Below are positions 1 to 9,739 of a DNA stretch of 64,000 nucleotides, in pieces; within the stretch, counting starts at the first letter, position 1; each line of letters starts with the position of its first letter. The notes under the pieces are model-generated. The model was not told the DNA's origin, ran no database searches, and was given only the letters and a program-made list of their open reading frames with translations. The translations under genes and the position numbers were made by a program. Origin of the DNA: an uncultured Erythrobacter sp. (GTDB taxonomy: Bacteria; Pseudomonadota; Alphaproteobacteria; Sphingomonadales; Sphingomonadaceae); NCBI GenBank assembly GCA_947488085.1, contig CANKYI010000001.1, positions 1,247,928-1,311,927 on the forward strand, read 5' to 3'.

Positions 1-1008
1 GGCTTTACCGAATTGCGCTCCAGTGGCGGCGAAATCGCTGGCGAATGGTCGCTGCGTTATGACGCCATTGCGCCACAATACACACAACAAGGCGAACTGC
101 GCATGGTTCACGGTGCTGCGACACTGACCGAACCTTCGGGCCGCGCATCTTTCACAATGGGTCACGGTCAAGGCTCTATGGCGCTGTCAGGCAACCGCTT
201 TGGCGTTATGAGTGATCACGATCCGTTTACCGGTGGTGTAAACCCCGTTTTGGGCTTCGCCTCAGGCGAAACATTCCTGCAAGCGGGCTACATGATCGCG
301 CCGGGCACCAAGGTCAGCGTTGGCTATTCCGAAAACCGCGATGAGTGGGACGAGATCGCCAATGTCGACCCTCAAGAATTGCTTGTCCGTCAAGCACTTG
401 GTGATCGCCCTGCACACGCTTTCACACTTGATATCGATCAACAGGTTAGCGACGATTTCTCGATCAACGCGCAATATACCCGCTTGAACGAAGTCAACGC
501 TCTGCTCGGCACACAGACCGCAACCTCAGCCTTGCTTGGTGGTGGTTCGCAAACCGAGGCCATGACTGTTTCAGCGACGCTTGATGCAGGCAGCGGCTTC
601 ACATTTGATGTGTCGGCTACCGGTGCACGCACTCACACTTCGCAAGCGCAGCTGTTTACCAGCGGTTCTGCGATCTGGAGCACATCAGCACAATTCACCG
701 CGACCAAAAACCGCATCTTTGGTGAGAACGACACTTTGCGCGTTTCCATCGCTCAGCCGCTGCAGGTTGAACGTGGGTCATTGCAACTTACCAACGAACA
801 GGTCGTCAATCGCCAGACTGGCGAACGCGCTCCGGTGACGCAAACCTTCAGCATTGAGACCGAACGCCGGATCACAGCAGAAGCAGTTTATGCGATGCCA
901 TTAACCAGATCTTCTGAGTTCGGAGTGTTTAGTCGTTACGTCAGCGCAGGCGACACATTCAACGAAGCGGGCGTTGTCATGGGCGGCAACTTCAGCATCC
1001 GGTTCTGA
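1..1008 (+). CDS. Outer-membrane beta-barrel protein, C-terminal part (5'-truncated by the window; possibly the C-terminus of an S8-peptidase/autotransporter-like protein)
   Basis: Frame is open from position 1 (GFTELRSSGG...). Alternating amphipathic beta-strands and a terminal Phe (GGNFSIRF) typical of Bam substrates. No catalytic domain is visible in the window. Confidence 0.65.
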   Translation, partial: GFTELRSSGGEIAGEWSLRYDAIAPQYTQQGELRMVHGAATLTEPSGRASFTMGHGQGSMALSGNRFGVMSDHDPFTGGVNPVLGFASGETFLQAGYMIAPGTKVSVGYSENRDEWDEIANVDPQELLVRQALGDRPAHAFTLDIDQQVSDDFSINAQYTRLNEVNALLGTQTATSALLGGGSQTEAMTVSATLDAGSGFTFDVSATGARTHTSQAQLFTSGSAIWSTSAQFTATKNRIFGENDTLRVSIAQPLQVERGSLQLTNEQVVNRQTGERAPVTQTFSIETERRITAEAVYAMPLTRSSEFGVFSRYVSAGDTFNEAGVVMGGNFSIRF

Positions 1009-1009
1009 A

Positions 1010-1040
1010 CTTTGGTAAACGTCAATTGACGAAGCCAAAG
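1010..1040. promoter_or_regulatory. Nested inverted repeat CTTTGG-N4-CGTCAATTGACG-N3-CCAAAG
   Basis: Perfect 12-bp palindrome at 1020-1031 flanked by a 6-bp inverted repeat, in the 70-bp gap between two co-oriented genes. Confidence 0.45.
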
Positions 1041-1078
1041 AAAGGACGCGGCGGTTAGGGAACGAAAGGGGAGGCAGC

Positions 1079-3658
1079 ATGATGAACACAACGCATCGGC
1101 ATCTTTTGATACTAGCCGCTCCTGTGCTTGTCGCAATTGCTGGCCCCGCATCTGCAAACCCTGTTTCGCAAAGCTCCGGCTACGAAGAGGCCATCGGCCA
1201 AGCAAAATCTTCAATGATGGCGGACTCAGCCGCAGCGCTTGAACATGCTCGCGATGCGTATGGTCATGTCGCAGGCGACAGCGATGAAGCCAAACAATCA
1301 CGACTGACCGCTCAATGGCTAGAAGCCGAAGCGCTCATGCGGCTCAACCGAGCCGATGAAGCAGGTGGCATTATCGAGGCCGCCTTGGCTGAGATCGAAA
1401 GCGAATTCTCAGGGTCAAAGCTGCATGCCGATCTTATGCGATCACAGGCCAGCTTGTATGTCAGCCAAAGCGAATTTGGCGGCGCCTTGTCTGCATTCCT
1501 TCAAGCGCATGAGCTTTACGAAGCTTTGGGCGAAGATCGCAGCCGCGCCATTGTATTGCAAAACATCGGTTCGCTTTATTCCGATGCGCGCGATTACGAA
1601 CGCGTGCTCAACTATTATCGCCAGGCAAACGAAGCCTATCCCGAGGATGCCTCGCTTGCGCTGTCAGCTCACAACAACAAAGGCAACGCGCTTAAGGAAC
1701 TGGGCCGGTTTACCGAAGCTGAGGCCGAATTTCGAAATGCTCTTGTCTTCGCGGAGCAGATGGAAAGTCCGCTGCTCGAAGCGCGCATCCTGACCAATAT
1801 CGCATCGACACAATATCTCGCTGGTGAACTGGCGTCAGCAGATGCGACGGTGCGCAAAGGTCTTGCTATTACTGATGCCAGCGCGTCGGATTGGCAACCA
1901 TTCCTCTTTGGTGTGAGAGCACAGGTTGCTCTGGCGCAGGGCCGCGTCGGCCTGGCTGAAAACTATCTGCGCCGGACATTCGCCAATGAAGATCTAAGCG
2001 CAACCTCGCCTTTCTTCCGCGATTTTCACGACACCGCTTATCAGATCTATTCGCAAGCCGGCGACTATAAGCTTGCTAACCGTCATTTGACCGCGTTCCA
2101 TCGGATCGAGACACAGGCGCAAAACCTGTCGTCGGCTGCAAACAATGCCCTGCTTTCTGCGCGCTTCGATGCAGAGAATCGCGACCTACAAATCGCCAAA
2201 TTGTCGGTTGAAAAAGAGGCAAACGAAACGCGTTTGGATGCGGCTAACAATCAGGTTATCTTGCTTAGTCTGACGGTTGCACTCGCCATCCTCGCCTTTT
2301 TCGGAGCGATGTTGACCCTGCGCACAGTCAATCGCTCTCGCAAAGGAATTGCCGATGCGAACGCAAAGCTAACCCATGTGATCAAGCATGACGCGCTAAC
2401 CCAGCTTTTCGCACGCGACCATTTCCGCACGCTTCTCGAAGAGGCAAGCGCCCAAGGTTTAAAATCTGGCCAATCGGCAATTCTCGGCTTTGTCGATCTT
2501 GATCGTTTTAAACAGGTCAACGACATGTATGGTCATGCGGCGGGCGACAAATTGTTGGTGCAATTTGCTGAGCGCTTCAAGAAAGCCGCCGGTGAAGACG
2601 CCGTTATTGGCCGATTAGGTGGTGACGAATTCGCAATCTTGATGCCTCCATCCATGACCATGGACGACGCAGTGGAATTGTCGCTTTGCTTGATTGATGC
2701 GGTCGGTGAACCCTATGCGATCGACGATGACGAAATCCTGATTGGTGCGTCAATTGGCCTTACCGAAATTACCGAGGCGGCCTCTGTCAGTGTGCACATG
2801 ACCAATGCTGACTTAGCGCTATACGCAGCCAAGGATAGCGGGCGGGGAACCTGCGTCGTTTACAAACCCGAAATGCGTAAGCAGCTTGAGGACCGTTCTG
2901 ATCTGGAAAGAGACCTCGAAGAGGCGTTACAACGCGGCGAGCTGTCGATCTCTTATCAGCCTATTGTCAAAGGGGCAGATCGCGACGTGATGGCCTATGA
3001 GGCGTTGATGCGCTGGACACACCCAGAGCGCGGCATTGTCCCACCAAGCGTCTTTATCCCACTCGCCGAAGAGACAAGGCTGATAGAGCCGCTGGGCGCG
3101 TGGATGTTGCAAAGCGCGTGTAGTGAAGCGGTGCGCTGGCCCGATAGCATTAAGCTATGTGTGAATATCTCGACGTTGCAAATGTCCGATCCAGCGTTTC
3201 TCGCCACGGTCACCAAAGCACTTGCTACGAGCGGGTTTGCGGCAAATCGCTTGATCCTCGAGTTGACCGAGAGCCTCGTTCTGGAAATGAATCCAGAACT
3301 GGAACGGATGGTAGAAAGCCTCAAACAGTTGGGCGTTACCTTTGCCCTAGATGATTTTGGCTGCGGCTATTCGTCGCTCAATTATATCGAGACAATGGAT
3401 TTCTCGATGATCAAGATCGAACGCAAATTCGTTCAATCCGCAGCTGCCGGTTCACCGCGCAGCAAAGCGGTCGTGACGGCAATCGTTGCGCTTGCGCAGT
3501 CACTCAATATTGACGTGACGGCAGAGGGTATCGAAGAACAAGAGCAGGCCGACGCGATGGATGCGCTGGGTTGTTCATGCTTGCAAGGGTACCTCTTTGG
3601 CCGTCCAAGCGAGTCAGTCGAACTTGGGTCAGACGAAGCGGAACGCGCGGTCGCTTAG
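1079..3658 (+). CDS. Periplasmic TPR - TM - GGDEF - EAL protein (diguanylate cyclase/phosphodiesterase)
   Basis: Signal peptide ending PASA, TPR-like helices (LQNIGSLY, AHNNKGNALKELG, LTNIAS), one TM, DLDRFKQVNDMYGH and GGDEF, then EAL, DDFGCGYSSL and EGIE. SD GGGGAGG. Confidence 0.93.
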   Translation: MMNTTHRHLLILAAPVLVAIAGPASANPVSQSSGYEEAIGQAKSSMMADSAAALEHARDAYGHVAGDSDEAKQSRLTAQWLEAEALMRLNRADEAGGIIEAALAEIESEFSGSKLHADLMRSQASLYVSQSEFGGALSAFLQAHELYEALGEDRSRAIVLQNIGSLYSDARDYERVLNYYRQANEAYPEDASLALSAHNNKGNALKELGRFTEAEAEFRNALVFAEQMESPLLEARILTNIASTQYLAGELASADATVRKGLAITDASASDWQPFLFGVRAQVALAQGRVGLAENYLRRTFANEDLSATSPFFRDFHDTAYQIYSQAGDYKLANRHLTAFHRIETQAQNLSSAANNALLSARFDAENRDLQIAKLSVEKEANETRLDAANNQVILLSLTVALAILAFFGAMLTLRTVNRSRKGIADANAKLTHVIKHDALTQLFARDHFRTLLEEASAQGLKSGQSAILGFVDLDRFKQVNDMYGHAAGDKLLVQFAERFKKAAGEDAVIGRLGGDEFAILMPPSMTMDDAVELSLCLIDAVGEPYAIDDDEILIGASIGLTEITEAASVSVHMTNADLALYAAKDSGRGTCVVYKPEMRKQLEDRSDLERDLEEALQRGELSISYQPIVKGADRDVMAYEALMRWTHPERGIVPPSVFIPLAEETRLIEPLGAWMLQSACSEAVRWPDSIKLCVNISTLQMSDPAFLATVTKALATSGFAANRLILELTESLVLEMNPELERMVESLKQLGVTFALDDFGCGYSSLNYIETMDFSMIKIERKFVQSAAAGSPRSKAVVTAIVALAQSLNIDVTAEGIEEQEQADAMDALGCSCLQGYLFGRPSESVELGSDEAERAVA

Positions 3659-3670
3659 GCGCGCGACAAC

Positions 3671-4420
3671 TCACACACCGAATAGCAACCGCAGACCGAC
3701 CACGCTGACTAATGCGGCGGTCAGCCATCTGATCCATTTGAGCGGCAGGAAACGAACCGCCATCAGGCTTCCGATCTGTCCGCCGACTGCGACTGCGATG
3801 AGCAGCGGCAACGCTTCGACCATTGCGCCGCCAAACATCGCCGGGCCGTGCTTCAACAACTGTCCGGCAAGGCCAAAGGCCGAGTTGATCAGGATGAAAA
3901 AACTCGCTGTGGCCGCAATCGCACGCGCATCGTGCCAGCGCGTCAGGTGAAGCAACGGCGCAAGGAATATCCCCCCGCCTATGCCAACCAATCCAGCGAG
4001 AAAGCCGATCGGCGCTGCGACGAATGGCAGCGCTTTGGCTGATTTGGCAGGTTTTGCCTGAGCTGCCTCAGCAACCGAGATCAGCATCGTGATGCCGGTC
4101 AAAACCAAGCTCGCACCCAGCAACAGCATGAAGGCCTGACGATCAATCATGATCAGTCCGCCCACAAAAGCCGCTGGCGCAGCGAGTGCAGTCAGGATCA
4201 GAGCACTTCGCCAGGGAGTCACACCAGCGCGGGCGAACCGCACCGTCGCTCCGGCTACAACAACGATATTACAGGCCAGCGCAACCATCGGCAGGACCCG
4301 GTAATCGAGGCCCGAAATCGCCAGCAGGGCCGCGTAAGTCGATCCTCCGCCAAAGCCGACACTCGCATAAAGCAGCGCGGCAGCGAAGAACCCCAATGCC
4401 AGCGCTGCGATCAGCGGCAT
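3671..4420 (-). CDS. Sulfite exporter TauE/SafE family membrane protein
   Basis: Duplicated G-x-GGG motifs (SVGFGGG, LVGIGGG) and about 8 TM segments. Confidence 0.88.
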   Translation of the reverse strand: MPLIAALALGFFAAALLYASVGFGGGSTYAALLAISGLDYRVLPMVALACNIVVVAGATVRFARAGVTPWRSALILTALAAPAAFVGGLIMIDRQAFMLLLGASLVLTGITMLISVAEAAQAKPAKSAKALPFVAAPIGFLAGLVGIGGGIFLAPLLHLTRWHDARAIAATASFFILINSAFGLAGQLLKHGPAMFGGAMVEALPLLIAVAVGGQIGSLMAVRFLPLKWIRWLTAALVSVVGLRLLFGV

Positions 4421-4454
4421 TGCACGCCGGCCTCGTGTTGCAGATCAGCCGACG

Positions 4455-7217
4455 TCACGCCGTTTGGCGCGCGCCTGCTGCCCCGTGGCAATGCTTGTAT
4501 TTGCTGCCTGAACCGCATGGGCACGGCGCATTGCGACTGACTTCGAGGTTAGCATAGGGGTTATCGGTGTTCGCCCCGCCCGGCCCCGACGCAGCGCGCG
4601 GACTTCCGGCAAGCGAACCGAACAATTCGGGTCGTTCCGCTGATCCATCGCCATCGGCAGAATTGTCGAGCCCGGTCAACGGATCGATATGGCCGGTCAG
4701 GAAATCGGGCAAATCGGGCAACGCCTCTGTTTCCGGCTGAGCGATGCGAAGTTCGGATTTGAAGAGCAGCTTGGTCACTTCCTCACGCAAAGTGTCCAGC
4801 ATCGATTCAAACAAACCAAACGCCTCTTGCTTATATTCGTTGATAGGCTGTTTCTGCGCGATCCCACGCATCCAGATTACCTGACGCAGCGCATCAAGAG
4901 TGGCCAAATGCTCTTTCCAATGGAAATCGAGCTGACGAAGCAGAATGTCTTTTTCCACCAGACGCCAGATTCCAGGATCATTCTTAGCCATCTTGGCTTC
5001 CATCATCTCGTCGGTCTGAGCACGGATGCGCTCTTCGAAGATTTCCTGATCAACCTCATCTTCTTCCAACCAGTCATCGATGGGCGGCGCTATGCCAAAG
5101 ACGGTGTCGAGTTTTTCCTTGAGTCCGGCAATATCCCATTGTTCGGGATAGGAACCGGGAGGGCAATTTGTGGCGATGATCGAATTGATCGTATCGTGGC
5201 GCATGTCGACGGTTACATCATCGACCGCTTCGCTATCCATAATCTCTGCGCGCTGTTCGTAGATCACCTTGCGCTGGTCATTCATTACATCGTCGTATTG
5301 CACGACCTGTTTACGCGTATCGTAATTGCGCGATTCCACTTTTTTCTGAGCTGTTTCAATGGCTTTTGACAGCCACTTGGACCCGATCGCCTCGCCATCT
5401 TCAAGGTTTGAGTTCATCATCTTAGAGAACAAAGTGTCGGGACCAAAGATGCGCAAAAGGTCATCTTCAAGGCACAGATAGAACCGCGAAAGACCCGGAT
5501 CACCCTGACGGCCAGAGCGCCCGCGCAGCTGGTTATCGATCCGGCGCGATTCGTGGCGTTCAGTGCCCAAAACGAACAGGCCGCCCGCTTCCAGAACTTT
5601 CGCCTTCTCCGCTGCGGTCTCTTCTTTGATCTTGGCAATGGCAGCCTCTTTCGCAGGGCCTTCCTCCATCGCGCCACATTCATCTTCGATGCGGAATTCA
5701 AGGTTGCCGCCCAGTTGAATATCGGTCCCGCGACCCGCCATATTGGTGGCAATAGTCACCGCGCCAATGCGCCCGGCCTGCGCCACAATATGCGCTTCAC
5801 GTTCGTGTTGACGCGCGTTGAGGACTTCGTGCTTCACGCCCTCTTTATCGAGGAACTGGCTTAGCAACTCGGACTTTTCGATGGAGACCGTGCCGACCAG
5901 AATGGGCTGACCGATTTCGTTCTTTTCACGGATGGCTTTTGCGATGGCTTGGAATTTGTCCATCGTGTTTTTGTAAAATTCGTCTTCCTCATCGACCCGA
6001 CTGACGGGCAGGTTGGTTGGGATTTCAACGACATTGACCTTATAAATGTCCCAGAATTCCGACGCTTCCGTCGCCGCCGTCCCGGTCATGCCGGACAGTT
6101 TGGGATACATGCGGAAGTAGTTCTGGAACGTGATTGAGGCCATCGTCTGGTTCTCAGGCTCAATCTTTACGCCTTCCTTGGCTTCCACCGCCTGGTGCAG
6201 ACCATTGGACCAGCGTCGCCCGTCCATCATCCGCCCGGTAAACTCATCGATGATCACGATCTTGTCATCTTTGACAATGTAGTGATCGTCGCGTTTGAAC
6301 ATGTGCACCGCTTTGAGTGCCTGATCGAGATGATGAACAACCTGCGTGTTTTCAACGTCGTAGAGGTTCTCTGTCTCTAGCAATCCCTTCTCGATCAGGA
6401 TCGCTTCGACCTTGTCCAATCCATCTTCGTTGAGCTGGATGTTCTTGGTCTTCTCATCCTTATCATACCAGTCTTCAGGGATCTCTTTGGCGACCTCGTC
6501 AAGCTTGGCATACAGGTCCGATTTATCCTCGGTCGGGCCGGAAATAATCAACGGCGTGCGGGCTTCGTCAATCAGGATCGAGTCGACCTCATCAACGATG
6601 GAAAAGTTAAAAGGGCGTTGCACCATGGCGCCGCGATCGTGCTTCATATTATCGCGCAGATAATCGAAACCGAATTCGTTATTGGTGCCGTATGTGATGT
6701 CGGAATTGTACGCGTCGCGCTTATCCAATTCTTCCATATTGGGGACGATCACACCGACACTCAGGCCCAGCCAATTGTAAAGCTGTCCCATCCACTCCGC
6801 ATCGCGGCGAGCGAGGTAGTCATTGACGGTCACGACGTGCACGCCCTTGCCCTCAATCCCGTTGAGATAAACCGCGAGCGTCGCCATCAGCGTCTTACCC
6901 TCGCCCGTGCGCATCTCTGCGATCTCACCACGATGTAGGACGATGCCACCAATCAGCTGGACATCGAAATGGCGCATCCCAAACACGCGCGTCGACGCCT
7001 CGCGAACAGTGGCGAACGCCTCGGGCATGATGTCATCGAGAGTGGAGCCGCTATCGAGCTGTTCACGAAACTTGTCAGTTTGCGCTTTCAAAGCGTCATC
7101 AGACAGCCCTTGCATCATCGGCTCTAGCGCGTTGATTTTATCAACCTGTTTGCCGAGCGTTTTGATGTAACGGTCATTGGATGAACCGAAGACGGATTTG
7201 ACGAGTTTATCGAACAT
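4455..7217 (-). CDS. secA: Preprotein translocase ATPase SecA
   Basis: [27 protein letters not shown] and [11 protein letters not shown] motifs; C-terminal SEC-C motif ([13 protein letters not shown]). Confidence 0.99.
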   Translation of the reverse strand: MFDKLVKSVFGSSNDRYIKTLGKQVDKINALEPMMQGLSDDALKAQTDKFREQLDSGSTLDDIMPEAFATVREASTRVFGMRHFDVQLIGGIVLHRGEIAEMRTGEGKTLMATLAVYLNGIEGKGVHVVTVNDYLARRDAEWMGQLYNWLGLSVGVIVPNMEELDKRDAYNSDITYGTNNEFGFDYLRDNMKHDRGAMVQRPFNFSIVDEVDSILIDEARTPLIISGPTEDKSDLYAKLDEVAKEIPEDWYDKDEKTKNIQLNEDGLDKVEAILIEKGLLETENLYDVENTQVVHHLDQALKAVHMFKRDDHYIVKDDKIVIIDEFTGRMMDGRRWSNGLHQAVEAKEGVKIEPENQTMASITFQNYFRMYPKLSGMTGTAATEASEFWDIYKVNVVEIPTNLPVSRVDEEDEFYKNTMDKFQAIAKAIREKNEIGQPILVGTVSIEKSELLSQFLDKEGVKHEVLNARQHEREAHIVAQAGRIGAVTIATNMAGRGTDIQLGGNLEFRIEDECGAMEEGPAKEAAIAKIKEETAAEKAKVLEAGGLFVLGTERHESRRIDNQLRGRSGRQGDPGLSRFYLCLEDDLLRIFGPDTLFSKMMNSNLEDGEAIGSKWLSKAIETAQKKVESRNYDTRKQVVQYDDVMNDQRKVIYEQRAEIMDSEAVDDVTVDMRHDTINSIIATNCPPGSYPEQWDIAGLKEKLDTVFGIAPPIDDWLEEDEVDQEIFEERIRAQTDEMMEAKMAKNDPGIWRLVEKDILLRQLDFHWKEHLATLDALRQVIWMRGIAQKQPINEYKQEAFGLFESMLDTLREEVTKLLFKSELRIAQPETEALPDLPDFLTGHIDPLTGLDNSADGDGSAERPELFGSLAGSPRAASGPGGANTDNPYANLEVSRNAPCPCGSGSKYKHCHGAAGARQTA

Positions 7218-7224
7218 GGAAGAA

Positions 7225-7352
7225 GCGGCCTTTGGATGGTCTTGTCGATGCGGGCCCGCATTTCGTGCGGGCTCGTATGAAATCTGAAAATGTGATGATG
7301 TTCGCGCGGCGGACCGCCTGCGCGTAACAGGGGAGAAGGAGTTTTAGGCCGC
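7225..7352 (-). promoter_or_regulatory. Predicted SD-sequestering mRNA structure between the leader ORF and secA
   Basis: On the mRNA, GCGGCCU (7352-7346, 1 nt after the leader stop) is the exact complement of AGGCCGC (7231-7225), which overlaps the putative SD AAAGG (7233-7229). Internal hairpins at about 7254-7272 and 7303-7324. Confidence 0.6.
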
Positions 7353-7353
7353 G

Positions 7354-7629
7354 CTACTCGTGCGCGCGCTCAACACCCATCACCAGTGGTGCACGGAGCG
7401 ATCTCGGCGCAGAAACAGCGTTCCGCTGACTGCGCGTATCGTTGCTGCGAGCTTTTGATTTAGCAAGCCTTTTGGCCCGGTATTCACGCGTTTCTGCACC
7501 ACAATCATTGCTGGCCGATTGGCTGGCATCGACGCTAGATGCAGGCGTCGAAAATGACGCATTTGCAGGAGCGCTAAGAGCAGCGAGGCCTGAAAGCAGG
7601 GCCAGAAGGGCAAACAGTTTGCGCGTCAT
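7354..7629 (-). CDS. Small exported protein upstream of secA; candidate secretion-monitor leader peptide
   Basis: 91 aa, clear Sec signal peptide (MTRKLFALLALLSGLAALSAPANA), basic polar body, ends RAPLVMGVERAHE*. Co-oriented, 136 nt upstream of secA. Confidence 0.7.
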   Translation of the reverse strand: MTRKLFALLALLSGLAALSAPANASFSTPASSVDASQSASNDCGAETREYRAKRLAKSKARSNDTRSQRNAVSAPRSLRAPLVMGVERAHE

Positions 7630-7711
7630 CCTGTCTCAAATAGTGGCAAAGCGCCGCCGCGTCCACCGTGGAGCCACGGATAAGTACGCAAAGTTAGCGC
7701 GTGTTCCCCGC

Positions 7712-8425
7712 CTATTCCTCCAAATCGCTAACAACGACAATAATTGACAGGTTCACGCGCTTGCTCACCGGGTTGCCGTTCGCGTCGCGAAATGGTGCCT
7801 GAGCAGGGCGATTTATGCCGGGGCATGGCTCTTCCTCCATAGTCCGACGCATCCCTTGACTGATCTCACCTGACACTTCGATAACTTCGCAATCGGTTGC
7901 CTTGCCCATTGCAGTGAGTGTGTACTCGACATTGATCGTGGCAGTGCCGGGGAACTCCGGCTCGCGCTTGGTCCAGACCTGATGATCCCGGTGTTCACCC
8001 GCCATCCGACTGCCGTCCCGATCAATCGCTGGCCGGAATTGTGCGCGCGCGAGCGCGATTTCGCAGGTCTTCGCGTCGAGCAACTCGGAGCCAGAGGTTT
8101 CCAAAACCGTACAATCGGTCACGTCGCCTTCGGCATCGACAGCAAGGCTGTAATAGACCGAGCCCTCTTCATCTGCGACCCATGCTTCGGGTGGATAGTC
8201 ATCTGGCCTTGCCTGAAGAGTGCTGAAGTCGATCAGTTCTGGATTTGGAGAATAGACCAATTCCTGCGCAGGCCGTTGAATTTGAACAACCGCGGGAGGC
8301 GCTGCTGCTGCTGCTTCCGCTGCCTCGGTGGCGGCCTCCACCGCATCTTGTACAACGTCCTGTGCGATGAGCGGCGCTGCCATGCACATGCTGACAAGCC
8401 CGAATGTTTGGAGAGTTTTGTTCAT
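7712..8425 (-). CDS. TonB C-terminal-like domain protein with two tandem domains
   Basis: Signal peptide, YPPEAW...EGSV, V-DAEG-V-DC...SG-ELLD-KTC and F-PA-D-DG motifs, followed by a second similar repeat. Start moved to ATG 8425 (SD GGGGAG). Confidence 0.75.
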   Translation of the reverse strand: MNKTLQTFGLVSMCMAAPLIAQDVVQDAVEAATEAAEAAAAAPPAVVQIQRPAQELVYSPNPELIDFSTLQARPDDYPPEAWVADEEGSVYYSLAVDAEGDVTDCTVLETSGSELLDAKTCEIALARAQFRPAIDRDGSRMAGEHRDHQVWTKREPEFPGTATINVEYTLTAMGKATDCEVIEVSGEISQGMRRTMEEEPCPGINRPAQAPFRDANGNPVSKRVNLSIIVVVSDLEE

Positions 8426-8512
8426 GCTCTCCCCCTTAACCCCAAACACCTTAATGCAAAACAACCCAGCTCCAATTGCAGCGCATCGCGAACCCTATTA
8501 CGGCGCATGATC

Positions 8513-9739
8513 ATGGAACTGACGCAATCTCCCCTTGCCCGCCCTTTTCCCGAAATGACCGACATTGCCGGGGTGACGCTGCGAGTGTCGCGAGCGCGGT
8601 ACAAAGATTGGGACCGAGCTGATCTAACCTTTATCGAGGTCGACGAAGGCACTGCGGTAGCAGGCGTCTTCACCCAAAGCGCCTGTGCATCATCCGAGGT
8701 TGAACTTGGCCGCGAGCAGGTTGCGAGCGGCAGTGCACGCGCGCTGATCGTGAATGCGGGCAATTCAAACGCTTTTACCGGATATCGCGGTCTTGAGGCG
8801 GTCCAGGCCATTCAGGCGCAAGTGAGCGAGTCACTAGGCTGTAAACCCAAGGATGTGCTGGTCTCATCAACCGGCGTGATCGGTGTGCCATTACCCCAGG
8901 ATAAGGCGCGCGAGGGAGTGGAGGCCGCTTTGACAGCCACGCCATGCAGTTGGGAAGACGCCGCTTCGGCGATCACCACCACCGATACATTTGCAAAAGG
9001 TGCGCGAACCTCCGCGATGATTGCTGATGCTCGGGTGGAGTTGGTCGGGATCATCAAAGGCTCTGGCATGATCGCGCCGGATATGGCGACGATGCTTGGC
9101 TATATCTTCACCGATGCGAACATCGAACCTGCGTTCCTGCAAGAGCTGCTGAACCGGGCAAACTTGCAGAGTTTTAGCTGCATCACCGTTGATGGTGACA
9201 CTTCGACCAGCGACACGGTCTTAGCCTTCGCCACAGGCAAAGCGGATCATACGCTGATCACTGGATGGGATAGCCCCGGCGCCGATGCTTTTGCAGCCGC
9301 GCTTTGCGACATGTGCAACCGGCTTGCCCAGTTGGTCGTACGCGATGGCGAGGGAGCAACGAAATTCATCACCATACGCGTTTCGGGTGCAGTCAGTGAT
9401 GAAAGCGCGCGGCGTATCGGCCTCAGCGTTGCAAACTCACCGCTCGTCAAAACCGCGATTGCAGGCGAAGACGCCAATTGGGGGCGCGTCGTGATGGCCG
9501 TTGGTAAAGCAGGTGAGCCGGCAAACCGCGACAAGCTCTCCATCGCATTCGGCGGCGTTTGGGCTGCACGTGATGGCCTGCCGGTTGATGACTACGACGA
9601 GGCTCCCGTCGCCAAGCATCTGCAAGGTCAGGAGATAGACCTCGCGGTAGAATTGGGTATGGGCGAAGGCATCGCGCGGGTTTGGACATGCGACCTCACC
9701 CACGGCTATATCTCGATCAACGCGGATTATCGCTCATGA
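8513..9739 (+). CDS. argJ: Bifunctional glutamate N-acetyltransferase/amino-acid acetyltransferase ArgJ
   Basis: AGVFT, NAGNSNAFTG, STGVIG, KGSGMIAPDMATML, DTSTSDT and WTCDLTHGYISINADYRS motifs. Start refined from the 585-aa track ORF. Confidence 0.97.
   Translation: MELTQSPLARPFPEMTDIAGVTLRVSRARYKDWDRADLTFIEVDEGTAVAGVFTQSACASSEVELGREQVASGSARALIVNAGNSNAFTGYRGLEAVQAIQAQVSESLGCKPKDVLVSSTGVIGVPLPQDKAREGVEAALTATPCSWEDAASAITTTDTFAKGARTSAMIADARVELVGIIKGSGMIAPDMATMLGYIFTDANIEPAFLQELLNRANLQSFSCITVDGDTSTSDTVLAFATGKADHTLITGWDSPGADAFAAALCDMCNRLAQLVVRDGEGATKFITIRVSGAVSDESARRIGLSVANSPLVKTAIAGEDANWGRVVMAVGKAGEPANRDKLSIAFGGVWAARDGLPVDDYDEAPVAKHLQGQEIDLAVELGMGEGIARVWTCDLTHGYISINADYRS

Noticed and set aside
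7381-7392. RAPL as a canonical RAPP arrest motif
   Set aside because: The final Pro important in RAPP/RAGP stalling is Leu here, so the canonical mechanism cannot be claimed; only the overall leader architecture is reported.
7982-8512. 177-aa N-terminal extension of the 585-aa argJ ORF
   Set aside because: It overlaps the minus-strand TonB_C gene, and ArgJ similarity begins at MELTQSP (8513); an ORF-caller artefact.
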